Source of the DNA: Candidatus Neomicrothrix sp. UBA2983
GTDB lineage: Bacteria > Actinomycetota > Acidimicrobiia > Acidimicrobiales > MedAcidi-G1
Direction of reading: 5' to 3'
DNA length: 64,000 nt
Assembly (NCBI GenBank): GCA_002346745.1
Contig: DEAL01000014.1
Location: 5,679 to 69,678 of the forward strand
The notes below the pieces were generated by a model that did not search any database, was not told where the DNA came from, and saw only the letters and a list, made by a program, of their open reading frames with translations. Positions 42,664 through 51,616 of this stretch are shown here, piece by piece; the stretch's first letter is position 1, and each line of letters opens with the position of its first letter. Position numbers and translations under genes: made by a program.

Positions 42664-43701
42664 TCAGACGGCCAGCAGGTCGCGGGCGCCGGTGTCGGTG
42701 CTGGGGTGGCGCAACTTCGACATGGCCCGGGCCTCGATCTGGCGGATGCGCTCCCGGGTCAGGTTGAAGTGCTCGCCGACCTCCTCGAGGGTCCGCGGCT
42801 CGCCCCGGTCGAGGCCGAAGCGCAACTTCAGGATCTCGCGCTCGCGCTGGTCGAGGGGTGCCAGCAGGCGGCTGATCTCCTCGGGCAGCAGCGCCGTGGC
42901 GGCCCGTTCGAAGGGCGACTCGGCGGCCCGGTCCTCGACCACGTCACCCAGTTCGGCGTCGCCATCCTCGCGCAGCGGCTCGGAGAGCGACAGGGGCTCG
43001 GCAGCGAAGCGCAGGGCCTCGGTGACCTTGTCCTCGGGCATCTCGACCTCGCGGGCCAGTTCGGCCAGCGTGGCGGGACGGCTGTGCTTGTGTTCGAGGC
43101 GGGAACGGGCCTTCTGGAGGCGGGCCAGGGTGTCGCCGGCGTGCACGGGTAGCCGAATGGTGCGGCCGGTGTTGGCGATGCCGCGGGTGATGGCCTGACG
43201 GATCCACCAGGTGGCGTAGGTCGAGAACTTGAAGCCCTTGCGCCAGTCGAACTTCTCGACGGCGTGCATGAGTCCGAGGTTGCCCTCCTGGATGAGGTCG
43301 AGCAGCGGCAGGCCGGAGGCCTGGTACTTCTTGGCAATGGAGACGACCAGACGGAGGTTGGACTGGACGAAGGTGCGCTCAGCCTCCTCGCCCTGGCGGA
43401 TGGCCCGACGGAGTTCTCGGCGCCGGGCCGGGGTGACCTTGGCACCGGCCTTGTCCATCTCGGCCTTGGCCTCGACGCCACCCTCGATCTTCTGGGCAAG
43501 CCGGACCTCGCCCTCCTTGGTCAGGAGGGGGTACTGGCCGATGTCGGTGAGATACAGGCGGACGAGGTCCTCTTCGTCTCGCTCAACCCGGTCCTTCGCC
43601 AATCTGGGCACTCCTCCGTCGTCCGGCGGGCGCCTCCGCGACGCCCGACCTCGTTGCTTCGGAGCGCTCACCGGATCCGTCGGGGCCCTCGTCGGACCCA
43701 T
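42664..43701 (-). CDS. RNA polymerase sigma-70 factor, group 1/2 (HrdB/SigB-like)
   Basis: Region 2 is FSTYATWWIRQAITR and region 4.2 is LTRERIRQIEARAMSKLRHP. The first ~30 codons of track ORF 42664..43791 have poor GC3. The start is uncertain: ATG 43701, or TTG 43602 (9 nt after a GGAGGA), or GTG 43791. Confidence 0.85.
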   Translation of the reverse strand: MGPTRAPTDPVSAPKQRGRASRRRPPDDGGVPRLAKDRVERDEEDLVRLYLTDIGQYPLLTKEGEVRLAQKIEGGVEAKAEMDKAGAKVTPARRRELRRAIRQGEEAERTFVQSNLRLVVSIAKKYQASGLPLLDLIQEGNLGLMHAVEKFDWRKGFKFSTYATWWIRQAITRGIANTGRTIRLPVHAGDTLARLQKARSRLEHKHSRPATLAELAREVEMPEDKVTEALRFAAEPLSLSEPLREDGDAELGDVVEDRAAESPFERAATALLPEEISRLLAPLDQREREILKLRFGLDRGEPRTLEEVGEHFNLTRERIRQIEARAMSKLRHPSTDTGARDLLAV

Positions 43702-43820
43702 CCAGACCGCTGTCGGTGTCGCCCTCACCGTTCCGTCGTCACCATATCGACGGTCCAGTGGAGCACAACACTCCAACGTGACCTTCGTCACGAATTGTCA
43801 CAGAAGGGCGGGACGGCCCC

Positions 43821-44291
43821 TCAGCCGGTGAGCGGACGGGCCCCGTCGAGGGCGCCGAACGTCGCACCGTCGGCCGCGGGTCGGTCCTCGAGGTCGGCGA
43901 GGACGAGCCGGAGCACGCGTCGGGCCGGGGCGTCGGCGACGGCGTCGAGGTCTTCGGCGAGGCGCTCCAGGTCGGCGACGAGGCCATCGGCCACGGCGCC
44001 GGCGACCGCCAGTCGGTCCGCGGCCGGTACGCCGTCGAGGGCGGCGACCAGGTCGGCCACCCCGGGGTGGACCGGTCCGTCGTGCACGTCGCCGGCCAAC
44101 AGCACCGAGTCGGGGACGAGGTCCTGCCACCAGGCCACGTGCTCGCCCAGCCGGCGACCCAGCGACGCCAGGGCCGGGGCGGACGACGGGTCGGCACCGT
44201 CGGCCGACCAGGCGCCGAGGCGCTCGAACAGGGCGGTGCCGAGCCACGCCAGGCCGCTCCAGCGGCGGGCGCCCTCGGCAGCGGTCGCCAC
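43821..44291 (-). CDS. hypothetical protein (Ala/Asp-rich, probably helical)
   Basis: 156 aa from GTG, 3 nt after the nadE stop (VATAAEGARRWSGLAWLGTALFERLG...). Good GC3. I recognised no motif. Confidence 0.55.
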   Translation of the reverse strand: MATAAEGARRWSGLAWLGTALFERLGAWSADGADPSSAPALASLGRRLGEHVAWWQDLVPDSVLLAGDVHDGPVHPGVADLVAALDGVPAADRLAVAGAVADGLVADLERLAEDLDAVADAPARRVLRLVLADLEDRPAADGATFGALDGARPLTG

Positions 44292-44293
44292 GG

Positions 44294-45985
44294 TCAGCCC
44301 CGGTACCGGTTGACGACCGGCAGTCGCCGGTCGCGGCCGAAGCCCTTGCTGGTGACGGTGGCGCCGTGCGGGGTCTGGCGGCGCTTGTACTCGGCCTGGT
44401 CGACCATCCGAGCGACCCGGTCGACGAGGTCGGCGTCGAAACCGGCGGCGACCAGCTCGGCCCGCGTGCGGTCGCCCTCGATGTAGGCCTCGAGCAGCGG
44501 GTCCAGCACGTCGTAGGGCGGCAGGCTCTGGTCGTCGCGCTGGTCGGGCCGCAACTCGGCCGAGGGCGGCTTGGCGAGGATCGAGTCGGGGATGAGGGGC
44601 CCACCGCCGGCGTGCACCGACTGGACGTTGCGCCAGCGGCAGAGTTCGTAGACGGTCGTCTTGTAGACGTCCTTGATGGAGGCGTAGGCGCCGGCCGTGT
44701 CGCCGTAGAGGGTCGAGTAGCCGACGGCCGCCTCGCTCTTGTTGCCGGTGGTGAGCACCAGCCACCCGTGGGCGTTGGCGAGGGCCATCAGCAGCACGCC
44801 GCGGATGCGGGCCTGGAGGTTCTCGTCCATGAGGCCGTCCCCGTGCTCCCCGACCGCCGGTTCGAGCAGTCCGCGGAGCGCCACGTGGGCGTCCTCGATC
44901 GGGATGGTGCGCTCGTCGAGGCCCTGTTCGGCGACGAGCGCCTCGGCGTCGGCGACCGAGTGGTCGCTCGAGTAGCGGGACGGCATGAGGACGGCGTGGA
45001 CGTGCTCGGGTCCGAGGGCGTCGGCGGCGATGGTGGCGACGAGGGCCGAGTCGACGCCGCCGGAGAGGCCAAGGCAGACGTCGGTGAAGCCGCTCTTCTG
45101 CACGTAGTCGCGGGTGGCGACCACGAGTGCGGCGTAGACCTCGGCCAGCGGGTCGAGGGGCTGCACGGGCGGCGGGATGGCGTGGTCGGGCCAGGCGACG
45201 GTGCCGGAGACATCGACGACCGGGAGGTCACCGTCGCCGGGAGGGACCTCCGGGGCGTCGACGTCGACGACGACGATGGCCTCGTCGAAGCGGGGGGCCC
45301 GGGCGACGATCCGGCCGGCGGGATCGGCGACCATGGAGCCGCCGTCGAAGACCAGTTCGTCCTGGCCGCCGACCAGGTTGACGTAGGCGAGGGGCCGCCC
45401 CGACGAGGCGGCGGTGGCGACGATGGTGGCCTCGCGGCGGGCCAGCTTGCCCTGGTGGTAGGGCGAGCCGTTGACGGTGACGAGCAGTTCGGCGCCGCCC
45501 TCCACCAGCCGGTCGATGGGCCCGTCGTCGACCCAGAGGTCCTCGCAGATGGTGACGCCCACCTTCGCCCCACCGATGCGGAAGAGTTCGAGTGGTTCGG
45601 TGCCGGCGTCGAAGTGCCGGGCCTCGTCGAAGACGCTGTAGTTGGGCAACTGGCGCTTGTGGTAGACGCCGTGGACGGTGCCGCCGCGGCAGACCGCCAC
45701 GGCGTTGTGCACCTGCCCGTCGGGCCCGGGGTCGGCGAAGCCCAGCAGCAGCGTGCAGTCGCCGCTCTCGGCGGCCAGCTGCTCGACGGCGTCGCGGCTC
45801 TCGGCAACGAATCGGGGCTTGAGGACGAGATCCTCGAGCGGGTAGCCGGTGAGCACCATCTCGGGGAAGACCGCCAGGTCGCAGCCGGCCACCTCGGGCA
45901 GAGCCGAGCGGACGCGCGCCACGTTGCCGTCGAGGTCTCCGACGACGCTGTTCACCTGGACCAGCGCGACCCGCAGTCGGTGCAT
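44294..45985 (-). CDS. nadE: glutamine-dependent NAD+ synthetase
   Basis: 563 aa from MHRLRVALVQVN. N-terminal CN-hydrolase domain (FPEM, ICEDLW) plus a C-terminal PP-loop LGLSGGVDSAL. The upstream part of track ORF 44294..46528 is shadow. Confidence 0.9.
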   Translation of the reverse strand: MHRLRVALVQVNSVVGDLDGNVARVRSALPEVAGCDLAVFPEMVLTGYPLEDLVLKPRFVAESRDAVEQLAAESGDCTLLLGFADPGPDGQVHNAVAVCRGGTVHGVYHKRQLPNYSVFDEARHFDAGTEPLELFRIGGAKVGVTICEDLWVDDGPIDRLVEGGAELLVTVNGSPYHQGKLARREATIVATAASSGRPLAYVNLVGGQDELVFDGGSMVADPAGRIVARAPRFDEAIVVVDVDAPEVPPGDGDLPVVDVSGTVAWPDHAIPPPVQPLDPLAEVYAALVVATRDYVQKSGFTDVCLGLSGGVDSALVATIAADALGPEHVHAVLMPSRYSSDHSVADAEALVAEQGLDERTIPIEDAHVALRGLLEPAVGEHGDGLMDENLQARIRGVLLMALANAHGWLVLTTGNKSEAAVGYSTLYGDTAGAYASIKDVYKTTVYELCRWRNVQSVHAGGGPLIPDSILAKPPSAELRPDQRDDQSLPPYDVLDPLLEAYIEGDRTRAELVAAGFDADLVDRVARMVDQAEYKRRQTPHGATVTSKGFGRDRRLPVVNRYRG

Positions 45986-46032
45986 GGCTGCAGCGTACCG
46001 ACGACTCGGTAGAGCGGATCCGGACACGGAAC

Positions 46033-46066
46033 GGCCCCGGGACACTGCGGGGAGTGTCCCGGGGCC
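46033..46066 (-). terminator. perfect 14-bp GC hairpin downstream of glnII
   Basis: GGCCCCGGGACACT-gcgggg-AGTGTCCCGGGGCC, 30 nt past the stop at 46096. Only a weak T-rich tail follows on the minus strand. Confidence 0.6.
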
Positions 46067-46095
46067 GTCCGTCGCGTACGGGGGCGCCGCTGGCC

Positions 46096-47112
46096 CTAGC
46101 CGGCGAGGGCCTCGCAGCAGGTGTTCGTGATCAGGCGGGTGACCACGTACGGGTCCATGTTGGCGTTGGGGCGCCGGTCCTCGATGTAGCCCTTGCCGTC
46201 CAGGTGGACCTGCCAGGGGATGCGCACCGAGGCGCCGCGGTCGGAGACGCCGTAGCTGAACTGGTCGTAGCGCTGGGTCTCGTGGAGACCGGTTAGGCGC
46301 TCCTCGGAGCCGAGGCCGTAGCCCTTGATGTGCTCTTCGGGCTTGCCCTCGGCGCCCAGGGACTCGCAGGCGGTGATGACGGCGTCGTAGTTCTCGCGCA
46401 TGGCGTTGGTCGAGAAGTTGGTGTGGGCGCCAGCGCCGTTCCAGTCCCCCTTGATGGGCTTGGCGGCGATCGAGGCGTCGACCCGGTAGTTCTCGGCGAT
46501 GCGGTAGAGCAGGTAGCGGGCCACCCACAAGTGGTCGCTGACGGCCACCGGGTCAACGGGGCCGATCTGGAACTCCCACTGGCCGAGCATGACCTCGGCG
46601 TTGGTGCCCGAGATTTCGAGGCCGGCGTCGATGCACGCCTGGGTGTGGTCCTCGACGATGTCGCGGCCGGCGATCTCGATGGCGCCGACGCCGCAGTAGT
46701 AGGGGCCCTGCGGGGCGGGGTAGCCCTCGATCGGCCAGCCCAGCGGGCGGTTCTCCTTGAAGAACGTGTACTCCTGCTCGATGCCGAAGATGGGCTCCTG
46801 GTCGGCGTACTTTTTGTACGTCTCGACGAGGGCGGCCCGGGAGTTGCTGGGGTGCGGGGTCATGTCGCCGTCGGGCAGGCAGACCTCGCAGAGCACGAGC
46901 ACGTCATCGCCGCCGCGGATCGGGTCCGGGCAACTGAAAACGGGGTTGAGCACGCAGTCCGAGTTGTCGCCCGGCGCCTGGTTGGTGCTCGAACCGTCGA
47001 AGCCCCAGATCGGGAACTCGGTGGTGCCCGACTCGAGGATCTTGGTCTTCGAGCGAACATACGGCAGGGGCTGGGTGCCGTCGATCCAGATGTATTCGGC
47101 CCTTATCGCCAT
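46096..47112 (-). CDS. glnII: glutamine synthetase type II (eukaryote-like)
   Basis: 338 aa from MAIRAEYIWIDG. GFDGSSTNQAPG, GIEQEYTFF, GDWNGAGAHTNFS, RIPW. Confidence 0.9.
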   Translation of the reverse strand: MAIRAEYIWIDGTQPLPYVRSKTKILESGTTEFPIWGFDGSSTNQAPGDNSDCVLNPVFSCPDPIRGGDDVLVLCEVCLPDGDMTPHPSNSRAALVETYKKYADQEPIFGIEQEYTFFKENRPLGWPIEGYPAPQGPYYCGVGAIEIAGRDIVEDHTQACIDAGLEISGTNAEVMLGQWEFQIGPVDPVAVSDHLWVARYLLYRIAENYRVDASIAAKPIKGDWNGAGAHTNFSTNAMRENYDAVITACESLGAEGKPEEHIKGYGLGSEERLTGLHETQRYDQFSYGVSDRGASVRIPWQVHLDGKGYIEDRRPNANMDPYVVTRLITNTCCEALAG

Positions 47113-47238
47113 GGGTGTCTGTCTCCAAGGTGGGGTGGTCGATGGGCGATCCGTTCGCCCGTTGCATGGGTGTGGCCCGGCGGTCCACCGGGCCGCACAC
47201 ACGATGCCACAACGGCGGTTTCCCTGCTGTTGCCCTTG

Positions 47239-47259
47239 TGTGAACGGACTGTGAACGGA
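47239..47259. promoter_or_regulatory. tandem direct repeat TGTGAACGGA x2 (11-bp register) in the divergent glnII/glnA spacer; candidate GlnR box
   Basis: TGTGAACGGA at 47239-47248 and again at 47250-47259, which gives AC-n9-AC spacing. glnR is the next gene downstream. Function is inferred only. Confidence 0.3.
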
Positions 47260-47305
47260 AAGAAGCCCTTTGGCGCGGGCACCACTTCAGGCGCACAATA
47301 GTGTC

Positions 47306-48646
47306 GTGGAGAACGACGACCGCAAGCGCGACTACGTCCTGCGCACCGTCGAGGAACGCGGGGTCCGGCTCATCCGGCTCTGGTTCACCGACGTGCTGGG
47401 CCGCCACAAGTCGGTGGCGATCTCGCCGGCCGAACTCGAGACCGTGTTCGACGAGGGCCTGCAGTTCGACGGCTCGTCGATCGACGGCTTCAGCCGCATC
47501 CAGGAGAGCGACGTGCTGGCGGTCCCCGATCCCGGCACCTTCGAGCTGCTGCCGTGGGCAGCCGAGGACGAGCCCTCCGGCACCATGTTCTGTGACATCA
47601 CCCAGCTCGACGGCTCGCCGTTTCCCGGCGACCCCCGCCAGGTGCTGCGCCGCAACCTGACCCGGGCCCGCGACGCCGGCTTCGAGATGTTCTGCGCCCC
47701 GGAGGTGGAGTTCTTCTACTTCGCCGAGGCCAACAGAGGGATCCCCCAGCCCCTGGACGGCGCCTCGTACTTCGACCTGACGACGGCCGACGTCTCCTCG
47801 GACCTCCGCAAGCGCACCCTCCATATGCTCGAGGCCCTGTCGATCCCGGTCGAGTACTCGTTCCACGAGGACAGCCCCAGCCAGCACGAGATCGACCTGC
47901 AGTACACCGACGCCCTGTCGATGGCCGACGCCGTGATGACGCTGCGGCTCACGGTCAAGAAGATCGCCCTCGAGCAGGGGGTGCACGCCACGTTCATGCC
48001 CAAGCCGCTCAACGGCGTGCAGGGCTCGGGCATGCACACGCACCTCTCGTTGTTCCGCGACGGCCAGAACGCCTTCCACGGGCCGGACGGCGACGAAGGG
48101 CTCTCAGACGTCGGCAAGGGGTTCATCGCCGGCCTGCTTCGCCACGCCCGCGAGATCACGGCGGTCACCAACCAGCTGGTCAACTCGTACAAGCGGATCA
48201 ACGAGGGCTACGAGGCACCCCGGTTCGTGTCGTGGGCCCGAAACAACCGGTCGGCGCTGGTCCGGGTGCCGATCATCAAGCCCGGCAAGACCCAGTCGAC
48301 CCGCGTCGAGTACCGGGTGCTCGACCCGGCGTGCAACCCATACCTCGCCTACGCCGTGATCCTGGCAGCCGGCCTGCGGGGCATCGAGGCCGGCTACGAA
48401 CTGCCAGCCGAGGCCGAGGCCAACCTCCACGAACTGGGTCCCGACGAGTTGTCGACAATCGGCGTCGAGCCGCTGCCGTCGAACCTGGCCGAGGCGCTCG
48501 ACGAGATGGAGGCCTCCGAGCTGGTCCGCGAGACCCTCGGCGACCACATCTTCGAGTGGTTCCTGCGCAACAAGCGGGCCGAGTGGAACGAGTACCAGCG
48601 ACAGGTCACGCCGTTCGAGCTGGAGCACTACCTGCCGACCTGGTGA
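47306..48646 (+). CDS. glnA: glutamine synthetase type I
   Basis: VENDDRKRDYVLRTVEERGVRLIRLWFTDVLG, FDGSSIDGF, MPKPLNGVQGSGMHTHLSLF, NSYKRI. The start is either GTG 47306 or TTG 47270. Confidence 0.9.
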   Translation: MENDDRKRDYVLRTVEERGVRLIRLWFTDVLGRHKSVAISPAELETVFDEGLQFDGSSIDGFSRIQESDVLAVPDPGTFELLPWAAEDEPSGTMFCDITQLDGSPFPGDPRQVLRRNLTRARDAGFEMFCAPEVEFFYFAEANRGIPQPLDGASYFDLTTADVSSDLRKRTLHMLEALSIPVEYSFHEDSPSQHEIDLQYTDALSMADAVMTLRLTVKKIALEQGVHATFMPKPLNGVQGSGMHTHLSLFRDGQNAFHGPDGDEGLSDVGKGFIAGLLRHAREITAVTNQLVNSYKRINEGYEAPRFVSWARNNRSALVRVPIIKPGKTQSTRVEYRVLDPACNPYLAYAVILAAGLRGIEAGYELPAEAEANLHELGPDELSTIGVEPLPSNLAEALDEMEASELVRETLGDHIFEWFLRNKRAEWNEYQRQVTPFELEHYLPTW

Positions 48647-48659
48647 CGGCAGGACTGCC

Positions 48660-49340
48660 ATGGACCCCCTCCTCATCTTCCCCGAACCGGCCCCGCCGGA
48701 GCTGGCCCAGGCCCTCGACCTGGGCGGCTGGTCGTGGAAGTCGATCGGGGATCCCGACGCGGCGATCGCCGAGGAACCGGACGGGGGCTGGACCGGTGCC
48801 ATCGTGGTGGCCGACGTCGACCCGGAGGGGGCGTTGGCCATGTGCCGGCGGCTGCGCCGAGGCGAGTTGCCGCTGGAGCCGCTGCTGCTGCTGGTGACCG
48901 CCAACCAACTCGAGGACCTCAAGTTGCGCGAAGACCTCTACGACGACTTCTGCGTGCTGCCGATCCGGCCGGTCGAGCTGTCGGCGCGACTGCGGCACCT
49001 GTTCTGGAAGACGGGACGGGGCACGCGCCCCGACCTCGTGGAGTACGGGCCGCTGGCGCTCAACGTCGAGACCTACCAGGCGGCCATCGACGGCCAGCCC
49101 CTCGACCTCACCTACATGGAGTACGAACTGCTCAAGTTCCTGGCGTCGCACCCCGGCAGGGTGTTCACCCGCGAGACGCTGCTCAGCCGGGTCTGGGGCT
49201 ACGACTACTACGGCGGTGCCCGCACCGTCGACGTGCACATCCGACGCCTGCGCTCGAAGCTTGGCGAGGAGCACGCTGGCCTGATCCACACCGTCCGTTC
49301 GGTGGGCTACCGGTTCGGCCAGTCCCGCTGGGGCGTGTAG
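48660..49340 (+). CDS. glnR: orphan OmpR-family response regulator, GlnR-like
   Basis: 226 aa. Atypical receiver, then a winged helix LTYMEYELLKFLASHPGRVFTRETLLSRVWGYDYYGGARTVDVHIRRLRSKLG...VRSVGYRF. No cognate kinase nearby. Lies next to glnA. Confidence 0.75.
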   Translation: MDPLLIFPEPAPPELAQALDLGGWSWKSIGDPDAAIAEEPDGGWTGAIVVADVDPEGALAMCRRLRRGELPLEPLLLLVTANQLEDLKLREDLYDDFCVLPIRPVELSARLRHLFWKTGRGTRPDLVEYGPLALNVETYQAAIDGQPLDLTYMEYELLKFLASHPGRVFTRETLLSRVWGYDYYGGARTVDVHIRRLRSKLGEEHAGLIHTVRSVGYRFGQSRWGV

Positions 49341-49358
49341 CCCCGGGCCGAACCGGGC

Positions 49359-49547
49359 TCAGTCCTCGGCGGGCCCCGCGTAGGGGTTGGCCTCGCTCAC
49401 CTCGAGCAGTTCGGAGCCCTCGTGGCGGGCGTCGGCGTCGCCCTTGAGCAGGCGGCCCAGCACCGAGGCACCGATGGCGCCGCTCATCAGGATGCCGACG
49501 GGCATCACGACGACGAGCACGATGATCATGATCACGGCTCCGGCCAT
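49359..49547 (-). CDS. small single-TM protein
   Basis: 62 aa, MAGAVIMIIVLVVVMPVGILMSGAIGASVLG..., with consistently GC-ending codons. Confidence 0.55.
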   Translation of the reverse strand: MAGAVIMIIVLVVVMPVGILMSGAIGASVLGRLLKGDADARHEGSELLEVSEANPYAGPAED

Positions 49548-49628
49548 GGCGGCAGTCTGCCAGAAGATCGTGGGCCCGGTGGCGCCGGCGGCTAGGCCGA
49601 CATGGGCGGCGGATCCGGACGGTTGCCA

Positions 49629-50003
49629 CTACCCCACGTGGGCGATGGCCTCGACCTCGAAGAGCGCCCCGATCGGCAGGGCGGCCACCGCCACGCAGGA
49701 ACGGGCCGGACGGTGGTCGCCGAAGGCGGCGCAGTACACCTCGTTGATGGCGGCGAAGTTGCCCATGTCCGTAAGGAACACCGTGGCCTTGACCACCTGG
49801 TCCATCGTCGCCCCGTTGGCCTCCAGTTGGGTCCGGAGGTTGGACAGCGCCTGGGCCGCCTGGGCCTCGACGCCGCCCTCGGCCAGCGAGCCGACCACCG
49901 GACCGTCGACGGTGTCCACCTCGACGAGGCCAACCTGGCCGCTGACGAACAGGAAGTCGCCCGCCCGGACGACGGGGGTGTAGGGACCGACGGGTTTGGA
50001 CAT
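49629..50003 (-). CDS. RidA/YjgF family reactive-intermediate deaminase
   Basis: 124 aa from MSKPVGPYTPVVRAGDFLFVSGQ. ARSCVAVAALPIGALFEVEAIA. Confidence 0.9.
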   Translation of the reverse strand: MSKPVGPYTPVVRAGDFLFVSGQVGLVEVDTVDGPVVGSLAEGGVEAQAAQALSNLRTQLEANGATMDQVVKATVFLTDMGNFAAINEVYCAAFGDHRPARSCVAVAALPIGALFEVEAIAHVG

Positions 50004-50038
50004 GGTCGCCTCCTCGGCGTGTGGTCGGGGTCTGGAAC

Positions 50039-51562
50039 TCAGATACCGGTCGGCCAGGCCTCCGGCGCCCCGCGAGTCAACCACGTGGCGGCGGCGACCG
50101 CAGCGAACACGGCGTCGGAGCCGTTGACGGGCGGTCCGTCGTCGGGCTCGACAACCACCTCGATGGGCGGAGTCTCGGTCGCCCGGACGATGCCGAGCGA
50201 GCGCACGGTCAGGTCATGGACGGTGCCCTCGTCGTCGACGGCCAGCGACTCGGCGGTGACCCAACTCCACCCCATGTGGGCAGCGCCGACGCTGTAGGAG
50301 CGCAGCACGGTGGCGTCCAGCGGCTGGCCACAGCGGACTGTCACGCGGATGCCGGCGGCGTCGACCTCGGCGGTGGCGGTGCCGCCGTCGGGGGCGGTGA
50401 CCCAACCGACGTCGCCGCGGGCGGCGGCCAGGAGGGCGACGGCCTCGGCCCAGCCGGCGGCGCGCAGGTTGGCCGAGGTGGGCGGTCCGGGGACGTCGAC
50501 CTCCTCGACAGCCAGGTCGGGGGCCACCCGGGCGACGGCGTCCGCGATGCCGGGGGTGCGGACCACACGCAGGACGCCCCGGCCGTCGGCGTCGACACCG
50601 GCGGCGACCGGTGGGCGCTTGGGGCCGTCGCGCACCGTGTCCTCGCGGGCATGGAGGACGAGTACCGGGACGCCGTACTGGTCGGCGAGGCGGCGGGCCT
50701 CGGCGGGCGCAGGCGAAGTGGCCTTGCCGCCGAAGGCGCCGCCGTTGGCCAACGGCGTCGACGGCTCGCCGCCGGGCTCGCACCAGGCAGCGTCGGTCTC
50801 GAGGTAGCCGGGATCCACCCACGAGGTGCGCAGCGTGGCCACCCAGTCGCCGGGCGGGAGGTTGAGGCGCGCCCGGGCCTCGGCGGTGGTCCGGCGTCCC
50901 TGCACCTTGCCGGCCGCCGCCCGGGCCTCGACGAGCGACTCCCCCACGCCGAAGCCGCCGCGGCCGTCGGGCACGGCGACGAGGCAACCCTCGGGGGCGG
51001 TGTCGGCGGCGAAGCCGCCGCGGCCGAGCACCACGTCGGGTCCGACCCGCTGCGGCACGTGGCCCTCGAGTGCAGCCCGCCGGGCGGCCGGCTCGGGGTC
51101 GCCGGTCCACGGTCCCGAGCCGTAGCGATCCCAGGCCTCGAGGATGGTCTGCCAGCCGGTGCAGCGGCAGAGGTGGGCGTGCAGCGCCCGGGCGGCCCGG
51201 TCCCGGTCGACGGCGCCGGCCGCCCGCAGGCCGGCGAGGCGCACGACGATGCCGGGGGTGCAGAAGCCGCACTGGCTGCCACCGGTCGAGCAGAGGGCGT
51301 CCGCCCAGGCCCGCCGGTCGGCGTCGGGCAGCCCGTCGAGGGTGGTGATGCTGCGTCCGGCGACCCGGCGGGCCGGGGTCACGCACGAGACGCGGGGCTG
51401 TCCGTCGACAAGCACCGTGCAGCAGCCGCACTGGCCCTGGGGGCTGCAGCCGTCCTTGACGGAGGTGATCCCGAGCCGTTCGCGCAGGACGTCGAGCAGG
51501 GTGGCACCATCGTCGGGGATGGCGACCTCGCGGCCGTCGACGGTCAGGGTGAGCGGCTTCAC
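50039..51562 (-). CDS. (2Fe-2S)-binding domain fused to a shortened xanthine-dehydrogenase/aldehyde-oxidase-like region
   Basis: 507 aa from GTG (VKPLTLTVDGREV). CoxS-type clusters GCSPQGQCGCCTV and QCGFCTPG...CRCTG. About 350 further residues contain GGAFGGK and AREDT, which resemble Mo-hydroxylase motifs. The start is inferred. Confidence 0.7.
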   Translation of the reverse strand: MKPLTLTVDGREVAIPDDGATLLDVLRERLGITSVKDGCSPQGQCGCCTVLVDGQPRVSCVTPARRVAGRSITTLDGLPDADRRAWADALCSTGGSQCGFCTPGIVVRLAGLRAAGAVDRDRAARALHAHLCRCTGWQTILEAWDRYGSGPWTGDPEPAARRAALEGHVPQRVGPDVVLGRGGFAADTAPEGCLVAVPDGRGGFGVGESLVEARAAAGKVQGRRTTAEARARLNLPPGDWVATLRTSWVDPGYLETDAAWCEPGGEPSTPLANGGAFGGKATSPAPAEARRLADQYGVPVLVLHAREDTVRDGPKRPPVAAGVDADGRGVLRVVRTPGIADAVARVAPDLAVEEVDVPGPPTSANLRAAGWAEAVALLAAARGDVGWVTAPDGGTATAEVDAAGIRVTVRCGQPLDATVLRSYSVGAAHMGWSWVTAESLAVDDEGTVHDLTVRSLGIVRATETPPIEVVVEPDDGPPVNGSDAVFAAVAAATWLTRGAPEAWPTGI

Positions 51563-51616
51563 CGTCGCAGTGTGCCGCAGCGGCGCCGTGCCGGGCGACC
51601 CGGTACCCTCGCCGCC

